DNA of 64,000 nucleotides from Enoplolaimus lenunculus (Eukaryota): NCBI GenBank assembly GCA_030248215.1, contig JASANG010001402.1, positions 434,001 to 498,000 of the forward strand, read 5' to 3'. Shown piece by piece: positions 40,901 to 51,200 of this stretch (position 1 is its first letter; each line of letters starts with the position of its first letter). The notes under the pieces were generated by a model. It saw only the letters and a program-made list of their open reading frames with translations, ran no database searches and was not told where the DNA came from. The position numbers and the translations under genes were made by a program.

Positions 40901-42388
40901 CGCATCGATGCTCCGTATCAAAAATCACCAAACGCAACAATCATATCTGCGGATGGCAAAAACTATTCGCTTCTCGACTCTCATCAAACCAGTCAAATTG
41001 AACCGTTTTCCAACGGCACCTACCGGAATCGGCTAACGATCAAAGCGGCGACACTGCGACACACTGGCTGGTACGTTTGTGTCGTCACAACACCGCCTGG
41101 ACATATGATTCACAAAGAAGCATACTTGAAAGTATTACCAGGTAAAGTGTTGGTTGTGTTTGGTGTTTGCTGGTTAATTGTAGTTCTTTGATAACTAATT
41201 TTTTTTGCTTATTTTTATACTTATCTTTACACCGTAAAATTAGGGACTAGCGGACTTTATAGTGGTTTCGTAACGTAGCGTGTTAAAACAACGTCGAGCC
41301 TTACTCAGACACAGACATTTTTTGGCAGCAGCGCATGCAGTATAACGTGGATGTTCCATTAGGAATCAACGACAATTCGTCGTCCATACAACTGGTCACG
41401 CAACAGTGTCTTAAAGTTGATTAATAAATTTATACATGATGAAACTGAACCCGTTTTCATAACATGCTGGCTGCGCCATTTCCGCTGAATTCTGACCAAT
41501 CAAATTGAGTTTTAGTCACCGTGACGGTCGTCCGAAGATAATTTTATTTGGGGGACACAGAATAATTTTTGGGGGGCTCATACAGTTACAATTCAAAATT
41601 GTTTACTTTTTGACCGAGTGTGTCTGGGAGGGCACCAGCCGAATTTGGCACGGCACAGCTCCCGCCAATGGCCTCCGTGGGGACCCCTTTGTGCTACGTT
41701 TTTGAATGTTTTTTCTATTTCAGCGTTCCATCGCTATCCAGTCGAGGAAAAACTTCCGCTTCACATCGTGATTGGACTACCAGTAGCAGTACTGATGCTA
41801 CTCGGCATCGGTTACGCCATTTGGTTCCTGAAAAAGAATCAACAAAAACAAACCGGAAGCCTACGGCACGGCCGCAGGGGTCACACTTCGCCAACAGGAG
41901 TATTGAACGTCGATACGCTCAAAACAAGTGTTGGCGACTCTTCAGGAGCGTGTCTTGTAGCGGCAGCAGCGTCAAACGGAGTAACCTACTCTGGATCAAG
42001 CAGTTCAAGCTATCCCCAGAATGGATACGTCCCTAACGCGTCGCTATTAATGGGCAATCGGCTTAAACCTACGTTACCTGCACACCCACCCCCAGCGATA
42101 CCGCCTCCGTCGTCAAAAGCGGCACAGTACAAAGAATCGTACTCGCTCTATAATCAGCTTGATCCGGCGTCTAGTATCCCGTTTAATACTTCGTATACTA
42201 TGAGTGCTGATAGCCGTGATATATACGAACCAAGTCCTCAGCCGCCGTCGTTTGATTTTCAACCGCAACAACAACAACAACAACAACAACAACAAACAAC
42301 AAGTTATGATATTGATTTTTCCGATTCAGACTTTTTCACATCTCCGGATCGAGTTCAACATTACCCGTCGTTGTACAGCTGTAGATGA
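31678..42388 (+). CDS. FGFRL1: FGF receptor-like 1 (nou-darake-like), 3 Ig + TM, no kinase; join(31678..31956,37782..38233,38742..38886,39934..40052,40892..41141,41724..42388), 5'-partial
   Basis: Six GT-AG exons join in frame (intron phases 1,1,0,1,0,1; about 636 aa without the signal exon). Motifs match vertebrate FGFRL1 as recalled: [48 protein letters not shown]....CKVRS...P.IQWL, and [12 protein letters not shown]. The stop follows a low-complexity tail with no kinase domain. Confidence 0.92.
32643..32857. mobile_element. TTAGGC-bearing MITE, subfamily B (FGFRL1 intron)
   Basis: TSD gaaaatgc/gaaaatgt. Confidence 0.8.
34040..34236. mobile_element. TTAGGC-bearing MITE, subfamily C (FGFRL1 intron)
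   Basis: GGCCCATGTTACTTT...AAAGTAACATTGGCC; perfect TSD gaagctgc. Confidence 0.85.
36925..37134. mobile_element. Palindromic GAGTT/AACTC MITE
   Basis: Colinear with 25087-25336. Confidence 0.7.
37374..37669. mobile_element. MITE with ATGTCGTAGGCCAATC TIR (GGCCAAT-rich)
   Basis: TIR pair visible; related copies at ~33745-33873, ~35790-36065 and ~61268-61510. Confidence 0.72.
37782..38233 (+). CDS. FGFRL1: FGFRL1 exon: Pro-rich/poly-Asn/acidic linker and first half of Ig2
   Basis: aatttcag acceptor, AAA|gtaaga donor; open frame containing N15, DDDD, RRPFW and [19 protein letters not shown]. Confidence 0.88.
38742..38886 (+). CDS. FGFRL1: FGFRL1 exon: second half of Ig2
   Basis: atttcag acceptor, T|gtaagt donor; [48 protein letters not shown] (this frame is absent from the ORF track). 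Confidence 0.92.
39934..40052 (+). CDS. FGFRL1: FGFRL1 exon: first part of Ig3
   Basis: gtttcag acceptor, CAG|gttaga donor; [39 protein letters not shown]. Confidence 0.92.
40164..40366. mobile_element. TA-flanked palindromic MITE (CACTGCAAAAAATGGTGAGTC TIR, GAGTC/GACTC-rich)
   Basis: Near-perfect palindrome flanked by TA, consistent with Tc1/mariner-type insertion; lies in an FGFRL1 intron. Confidence 0.82.
40892..41141 (+). CDS. FGFRL1: FGFRL1 exon: second part of Ig3
   Basis: tttttag acceptor, G|gtaaag donor; WLRRID...[42 protein letters not shown]. Confidence 0.9.
41724..42388 (+). CDS. FGFRL1: FGFRL1 last coding exon: transmembrane helix and ~185-aa cytoplasmic tail
   Basis: atttcag acceptor; hydrophobic [26 protein letters not shown] followed by KK; TGA at 42386-42388. 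Confidence 0.9.
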
Positions 42389-42886
42389 ATATTTCCAAGA
42401 TGACAGGGGGTACAAAATGCGAACCCTCCCACCGTCGGGAAAAATTATCAATGACTATAAAATGGTTCTGTTACACTGGCGTGTTCAGGGGATGGTGTAA
42501 TGTAGATAGCGTTGAATTTGCCATTTTTACTGATATCGATTTTGAACTGAACGGCCAATTTGGACCAAGGTTTCATCTGTGCCCCAGTAACGGTTCTTTT
42601 GGGCTTACACAGCTAAGCAAGTCTGGTTACATTTGCCAGGTACGACAAGGAAGTAAAAATGGTTCGTCTGTGATGTTACAGGGTTGCCGCCTCCTGTGTC
42701 ACGGTGGTTCGCGTTCAACAAATACTAAAGATCTCTGAAACATTTGGCCATACAGGTTTGGAGAAATTGTCCCATGCGTTTGCCATGAGAAACAACAATG
42801 AACGATATAGAACGAGGTGCCAGATTCATTGAATCACATGTTACTCCGGTTTTGTAAAGGGGCTACACAGGGTACTTACATTTTAA

Positions 42887-43164
42887 ACGATAATTACAGG
42901 AGTAACGATAATTACAGGAGTAGTTGAACGATAATTACAGGCGTAGTTGAACGATAATTACAGGAGTATCGATAATTACAAGAGTAGTGGAACGATAATT
43001 ACAGGAGTAGTTGAACGATAATTACAGGAGTACCGATAATTACAAGAGTAGTTGAACGATAATTATACAGGCGTAGTTGAACGATAATTACAGGAGTACC
43101 GACAATTGCAAGAGTTGTTGAACGATAATTACAGGAGTAGTTGAACAATAATTACAGGGGTAGA
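42887..43164. repeat. 18/23-bp minisatellite (13 units) with an 18+23+23 higher-order period, downstream of the FGFRL1 stop
   Basis: (a/t/c)cgataattac(a/g)ggagta(gttga) units. Confidence 0.9.
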
Positions 43165-43982
43165 TTGAAAATTGTAGGTCTTTGCATAGACGTGCGAGCA
43201 ATTGCAATAATGTTCGGGCCGACTTCGAAATATACCAGATTAAAATATTGGGTTTCGCATGGAATTGGTAAATCGTAACAAGGCTGTTTTCTTTACACGA
43301 TGACGCAGGGGATCCTTCGGCCCAAACTCAAGAGTCGTAGTGTCCATATACAACTTTAGTAATATTAATGTTTTTAGTTTTTAGTCTTTAATTGTGTTTT
43401 TTGTTTGTGTGAACCAAATTTACAATTTCAACAGTACATATATTACATTCTGCTGCGAGAAAGTTTACAACTTCAAAAATATTCATGATGATGGGAATCG
43501 GTTTTGCATTATCGCTTATTATCAGAGGCGTATACGCGAGCTATAATTGCGAAAATGCCATCGGGATTTCGAGTAACGCCCAAAAAGGCACTTTACAGGC
43601 TAACCTGCAGAGGTTAAAAATCTTGCCTACGGCTTCGGCTTAATTAGCTCACAAATTGTCTGGCAAAATATTGCATTTGAAGCTTGTTGCACCCATACGC
43701 CCTTATCTTTTTCTGGTAATATTTGGTTTGTTTCTATACGTAGATAGCAGGGTACAACTGGATGTTTGCTTCCGGTTCCGGGAGCATTGTTGCCGAAGGT
43801 TCTGGCTCAACCTATAACCAAAATTATTAACAACGCTTTAGGTATACATTTTCTAAGATTAAAAAATTAAACATTGTTTAAGCGTAATTATTTCTTAGTC
43901 GCCTCCGGCTCCATCAAGTTTTGATGACATCCGGCTCCGGTTTCGGTATTTTTCACCTCCAGTTGCACCCTGGTGGATGCTA

Positions 43983-44400
43983 CTGTAGTGACCCGAATAA
44001 GAGGGTGTAATAAACGGGGTGTCCCCATTTTGAGTCTCAATCAATAGGAGTTTCGTATCCTTAATAAGAGTCTGTAAGCGGATAGAGTCCCAAAACCCTA
44101 ATAAGAGTCCATAAATGTCAATTATTCCTAATTCTAAATGACTCCAGGCCCAAATAAAGTTGAGTTCGAAACGTTAAAGCATACTTAAATTTTGAAAGTA
44201 AAATTCCAAAGTACAACCTTGCATTATCGCTCAAGCTTTTGATGCAAGGTAAAAAACGTTCAATTCAACGGATAGTTGCAATACCAGATATATATCAGTT
44301 AGCAAAGGGTGGCGGTAGGCGGGCTGAAAATAAATAACAGTCCGTAAACGAATAACAAGGGGGTACCCTCTGGAGAGGGACGATCAAACCTATGCTTATT
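43983..44400. mobile_element. MITE, CTGTAGTGACCCGAATAAGA family (3' end missing)
   Basis: Colinear with 7071-7529 over ~400 bp. Confidence 0.7.
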
Positions 44401-46780
44401 TCGAAACATAAGCCTAATCCTAAGCAAGCCTCTAAAATCTCTAAATCGTTTATTAAGCACAATTTTCACAGGACAGGCCCATGAGTTATAGTATGGACCG
44501 AAATCAGAATAAAAAAAAATCATTTTTCGTGGTGAAATATTTGAATTTTAAGCAAATTCAATATTTTTTATTTGTTACCTTTTTGATATCATTGATATTA
44601 ATATTACTGTTTGATATTATTTTCTCTTTTTTGTGCTGTTGTTGTTGTTGTTTTTATTTTAACATTTTTTCTTTTTTATTTATAACGATGCTACAGTGTA
44701 CGGTCAACCGAGCTTATACGAGCTTATTGTGTACATAAATTTTGTTTCAGTTTAATTGTTTGCTGAAATTAGTAGAGTTGCAGAGAGACGGTTTAAGTGT
44801 CCAGTCGAATTTTGACTTTAGTGTCAATTTTTAGCCAAAGGTATTTTTGCTGTACCCCCTCGAGAAAACATTCCACCCCCCGTCTGTATGTTGTCAGTCT
44901 TATTGCTAGGATGTTCCTTTAAAAGATTTTTGGAATTTTTTGAGCTGGCTACGGGCTGTTCGTCTTTCAGATATTGTGAACAAGTCGTGTTCGCTTCGAT
45001 GAACTTGCGGTTTACGGGTTGACGCAAACGCCCGTGTTCAGATTATATTCCACCTAAACAACGAGTATTAGTGTCTCTGCAACCTTGCTAGTAATCCTTG
45101 TAATATCGATGTATTGTTGTTGCACTTTCAGTATTCAAAAATGGACGTATTTGGTACTTTGACAGGCGTACCGTTTTTCAGCTAGAAACTAATGGTAGCA
45201 TTTGTTTAAGCTTTAGACTAATATTTTTTGTTTAGGCTTAGGTTTAGGCTTAGGTATAGGCTTATATCTTTACTCATGACATTAACTGTTCTTTGTTTAT
45301 TCTGCTCGACTCCAACACGGGCCCGTAGCGATGGGGGGATGGCGGGGGGGGGGGGCTGAGCCCCTCCTGGAAAACCGCTCCCCCTTGAAAATTTTCAACC
45401 TTGCTTGTAAGTCATTAAAAACCTTTGAATGTCCCTCCTGAAAATTTTTTAGCCCCCCAAGCAAGGTGAGCAGGCTAGGGGCTGCCCTAACAATACTCCA
45501 GGCCCAAACATGAGAAAATCAAAATTCATTTGAAATGACAAATCAACTCACACAGCACAGGTTGTGGTTGTTGCGAGCGACTTGATTCATAATCAGTCAG
45601 CTCAATTTATTCGAGTTTAAGTGTAAACTTTGAATTAAAGTTCAATCCGCTGATTATCATTTTGTTTAATTTTCAACTGGAAGTTGAAGGTTGTGAATGT
45701 TAGCTTTTTTAGCTTCTACGTTCATCACAAGCATTACAATCCCAGCATCAAACATTTGTGTATTCGTGTGTGTTTGTCCAAAGGCGCATCAGCGAACACT
45801 GGGGCGATCCACCCCCCCCCCCGCTGTCCCGTTTTTGGAAGTTAACAGTTAAAATCGAATACGTGCTCAACGATATGGAGAAGAAAATTTATGCTGAGGG
45901 TGTCACCCATGTTTTTGGCTCCACCTACTGCGTCCATGTATTTGTCTGTGTTCGTGTTATTGTACACAGCCGCCATTAAAAGTACAGGGTTGTATTCAAT
46001 TTATAAATCAGTGTTCAATCCTATTGATTTGTGTATTTATACATTTTTTGCGGGATAAATCGAAGATATCAGCGATGAAGGAAAAATTTTATGCCGGAAC
46101 CGGAACAGGAGGCAGGCCTTCATGTGTACTGTGATATTTGGGCGTTTTCCGGCTTGCACATATCCCGAACACTAAAGCAGGAGTAAACTTAGGTTTACTT
46201 ACTCGATATATATCAGGGATCAACCGGAATTCCTGTTCTGACCACAATTCCTGCACAAATATAATTCATTTTCCTGTTCCTGTTTCTGCCGTCAAAAATG
46301 CAGGATCCGGAATTTTTACAGTTTTGTGGCAAATTATTCCTAATTATTTAAATATTGGAGGAAACTGTTTTTAAATTTTTTTCCAATTTTACTTCAATTT
46401 TGTATTAATAAACATTGTCTGTTGTGTTCTCGCAGAAATCGCTGCTGAAATAGCTGATAATTCGCTTAAAGTCATTTTTGGCTGGTTTTCTAAAAAGTCG
46501 ATGCTGATATATGCAAATTTTCTCGAATATACAAAATCATATATTTGTCATGTCCGGTGCCTAGAGTACAAGTTCAAAGCGAATCATTTTGAACCGTTTT
46601 AATTGTTTTGCGACATTTGGTTGTCGTGCGCTTTCCACCAGAGTGCACCAGAAGGTCTCCCTCAGGCTTCGGCTCTGGCTGAAAATTGCCCTCGTTACTT
46701 TGGCTCCGGTAGAATTTTTGAACAAGGTTCCGGCCTTTTCAGTGGTGAAACTTTTTGTGCTTTTCTAAAGGTTGTGCGTA

Positions 46781-46988
46781 CACTGCAAAACATGGTGGGT
46801 CAAATTGACTATCTCCGAAATAGGCTTTACGGGACTACACTACCCGAGTCATATTCGACTCCGCCATGGTCAAACGTACGACTCAATGAGTCGAATTTGA
46901 CTCTGACGAAATCGAATTTGACTCAGTTTGTGTAGTCCTGTCGTGCCTATGTCCGAGCGAGTCAATTTGACTCACCATTTTTGCAGTG
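46781..46988. mobile_element. TA-flanked palindromic GAGTC MITE
   Basis: Same family as 40164-40366. Confidence 0.8.
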
Positions 46989-48138
46989 TAGCGACCAGGT
47001 TGTTTGTAACTGGAGCATTGAATTGCCGAAATTTTTCGAAGTGAAAGTTTTTTTCACTATATTTCTTTGACAGCATCTTCCACAATAGTCAATTTCAAAT
47101 AAATTTGATTATATGTAATTTTGCCTCACTTCTGTCACTGACTTGAAATCCGGCAAAATAATTTGTTGTGCCCTGGGTACCAATTATTTAACCTCTATGG
47201 ATGCATCCTTCCGTCTACTGCATATTTGGAATTAGGCTTTTTAGGCAAAGTCTTGCCTGTTTCCACAGAAGCCGGAACTTTATTTCGAGAGGGGAAGCGG
47301 TCACGTGCCAGATGTTTAATATACTCTGTGTGTTCATTTTGGTCTTGTGAATTCGAAATTAAAGTAACTGTGTTGTGTTTAACGTTGACGCAAAGTTTTT
47401 ACGTTTTATATTTTTTACGCCGAGATATTTTCCTTTTATTGCCATTCTTTGGCGACGGTTCGTATCGAGCTGAGGCCCCAAAAATAAAATATGCAATATT
47501 AACGCGAGAAAACGCCAAACTGTCATTATTAATCTTTTTGTCCATATAAACGTAAGCTTTTAGGAATAAAACTTTGATGCTTCGCGAATTATTGTTAAAA
47601 TGAACACAGTTTCAGATTTAACATTACTTAAAATGTGTAGTTTAATACTAAGCATCCATATCTGGCACCCGCTTAACTTTGCCAACCTCCAGGTTCGGTC
47701 CTACTATTTTAGTATTTTACATCTCCTGTTGACCTGTGTTGACCAACATTTTGCTTAGTTTGTGGCGTTAACTTTTAAGTCAGGCGTTTGTAACCAAACC
47801 TTCTGGTGACCACATAATAGTCGATGTGGTCAGAAAATTGTACCAATTTTTGAGCTTCTAATCTATATATAAATCACGCAGTAGTAAATTCGAAAGCATA
47901 GTGACTGCTGTTACAACATTGCGAAGAGTTTTGTTTAAAATGCGCTGGTTAAAATAACTTCCTTTTAGCTTTTAAGATAATTTTATTTTTTCAACAATGC
48001 AGTGCATAAAATTTTATGCCAAGTTTAAAACGACTAAACAGCTGTGTAAATCTGCTAAATATTTCAATTTAGCAAACGGAATTTTAAATGAAAAGACGAT
48101 AATACCTGTCGAAATGTCAACTGTACTGTGTGAAAACA

Positions 48139-48146
48139 TATAAAAG
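48139..48146 (+). promoter_or_regulatory. Candidate TATA box of the secreted-protein gene
   Basis: Canonical TATAAAAG about 100 bp upstream of the AT|GTAAGT donor, with an Inr-like CCAGTT about 40 bp downstream. Confidence 0.5.
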
Positions 48147-48241
48147 AGATGGTTTTACGGAACCGAAACATATTTTTCAATCGCCAGTTGTATTCTGCTG
48201 TATTTTATATTTTACGATTTTGGAGCATCCAGTGAACAAAA

Positions 48242-51200
48242 ATGTAAGTTGAACGCATTGGCAAATTTAGCCGTTCAAATATACTTTCAATCTATGAGAA
48301 GTACAGTTAACATTTCGCGATGTAGAGCTCTCGATTTAAGAACGCATTGTGTTCCGTTTTGGGGTACAAAGGCAAATTTTTAGTCTCTATGAATATGCAG
48401 GTTGGTAGTCAGTTATATATTCATCTACTTTTGCACCAATTTTACTTTGAGAAGCGTAACAGTGAGACTATAAACCTTAGCGTAAGGATAAGGGTATAAA
48501 ACTAAGTCTAAGCCGAAGCAAAAAAATCTAAATCTTATTAGCTTACTCTACACACAAAATAAATTTTAACTAAAATTTAACGACTCCCATTTTCTTGAAT
48601 TTTCGAAACATAAATGTTTTCTATTTCAGACATAAATGGGTTTAATTAGCTCAGAAATTTGTTTCTTAAATGACTAAAATATAAATGTTTTTATTCAAGA
48701 AATTACTCTTGCAAATTTGTCGCAAATTTCTTTCTTTTAAGAAATAGTTGTCTTTTATTCAAGAATTATTTTTCTGATTTTATGTATGTAAAAAGTTGCT
48801 CCATATTCTTAAAATGGTATTTAAATAATCGAATTTTCATGTATGTAAAAAGTTTCTCCGTTTATATTCTTAAAATGGTATTTAAATAATCGAATTTTCG
48901 TGTATGTAAAAAGTTTCTCCGTTTATATTCTTAAAATGGTATTTAAATAATCGAATTTTTATGTATGTAAAAAGTTTCTCCGTTCATATTCTTAAAATGG
49001 TATTTAAATAATCGAATTTTTATGTATGTAAAAAGTTGCTCCATATTCTTAAAATGGTATTTAAATAATCGAATTTTCATGTATGTAAAAAGTTTCTCCG
49101 TTCATATTCTTAAAATGGTATTTAAATAATCGAATTTTTATGTATGTAAAAAGTTGCTCCATATTCTTAAAATGGTATTTAAATAATCGAATTTTCATGT
49201 ATGTAAAAAGTTTCTCCGTTTATATTCTTAAAATGGTATTTAAATAATCGAATTTTTATGTATGTAAAAAGTTTCTCCGTTTATATTCTTAAAATGGTAT
49301 TTAAATAATCGAATTTTTATGTATGTAAAAAGTTGCTCCATATTCTTAAAATGGTATTTAAATAATCGAATTTTCATGTATGTAAAAAGTTTCTCCGTTC
49401 ATATTCTTAAAATGGTATTTAAATAATCGAATTTTCATGTATGTAAAAAGTTTCTCCGTTTATATTCTTAAAATGGTATTTAAATAATCGAATTTTTATG
49501 TATGTAAAAAGTTTCTCCGTTCATATTCTTAAAATGGTATTTAAATAATCGAATTTTCATGTATGTAAAAAGTTTCTCCGTTTATATTCTTAAAATGGTA
49601 TTTAAATAATCGAATTTTTATGTATGTAAAAAGTTTCTCCGTTCATATTCTTAAAATGGTATTTAAATAATCGAATTTTCATGTATGTAAAAAGTTTCTC
49701 CGTTCATATTCTTAAAATGGTATTTAAATAATCGAATTTTCATGTATGTAAAAAGTTTCTCCGTTTATATTCTTAAAATGGTATTTAAATAATCGAATTT
49801 TTATGTATGTAAAAAGTTTCTCCGTTTATATTCTTAAAATGGTATTTAAATAATCGAATTTTTATGTATGTAAAAAGTTTCTCCGTTTATATTCTTAAAA
49901 TGGTATTTAAATAATCGAATTTTCATGTATGTAAAAAGTTTCTCCGTTTATATACTTAAAATGGTATTTAAATAATCGAATTTTTATGTATGTAAAAAGT
50001 TGCTCCATATTCTTAAAATGGTATTTAAATAATCGAATTTTCATGTATGTAAAAAGTTTCTCCGTTCATATTCTTAAAATGGTATTTAAATAATCGAATT
50101 TTCATGTATGTAAAAAGTTTCTCCGTTTATATTCTTAAAATGGTATTTAAATAATCGAATTTTTATGTATGTAAAAAGTTTCTCCGTTCATATTCTTAAA
50201 ATGGTATTTAAATAATCGAATTTTCATGTATGTAAAAAGTTTCTCCGTTTATATTCTTAAAATGGTATTTAAATAATCGAATTTTTATGTATGTAAAAAG
50301 TTTCTCCGTTCATATTCTTAAAATGGTATTTAAATAATCGAATTTTCATGTATGTAAAAAGTTTCTCCGTTTATATTCTTAAAATGGTATTTAAATAATC
50401 GAATTTTCATGTATGTAAAAAGTTTCTCCGTTTATATTCTTAAAATGGTATTTAAATAATCGAATTTTCATGTATGTAAAAAGTTTCTCCGTTTATATTC
50501 TTAAAATGGTATTTAAATAATCGAATTTTTATGTATGTAAAAAGTTTCTCCGTTCATATTCTTAAAATGGTATTTAAATAAGAGAATTTTTATGTATGTA
50601 AAAAGTTTCTCCGTTCATATTCTTAAAATGGTATTTAAATAATCGAATTTTCATGTATGTAAAAAGTTTCTCCGTTTATATTCTTAAAATGGTATTTAAA
50701 TAATCGAATTTTCATGTATGTAAAAAGTTTCTCCGTTTATATTCTTAAAATGGTATTTAAATAATCGAATTTTCATGTATGTAAAAAGTTTCTCCGTTTA
50801 TATTCTTAAAATGGTATTTAAATAATCGAATTTTTATGTATGTAAAAAGTTTCCTCGTTCATATTCTTAAAATGGTATTTAAATAATCGAATATCAATGA
50901 CATTTCGGGTTGAGCTCTGGCTCGGTTCAACTTAAGTTACGTTTTTGATGTATTTTCGGTTGTAAAATTAGGGTATTGGGTTGAGCTTTAGCTCCCAATT
51001 TTAGAGTCAGTTTCCATGGCAAATCTCTGTGTTTTTTCTAAGACATATTTGTCTTATATTTCAGAAACATTTTTCTTAATCGTTATAAAATTATAGCGTG
51101 AAATGTACCAATATTTCTGAAAAATTTAAGAAATAAATGTCTTGAATTCAAGACATATATGTCTCGAGTCTGTATCAAGACATAAAATTGTTTTAAATTT

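Noticed and set aside
42385..42738. ORF just after the FGFRL1 stop as a frameshifted kinase remnant or readthrough
   Set aside because: No kinase motifs; in-frame readthrough meets another TGA after four codons.
48778..50891. Possible CRISPR array
   Set aside because: Units are head-to-tail with no unique spacers, there are no cas genes, and the context is eukaryotic.
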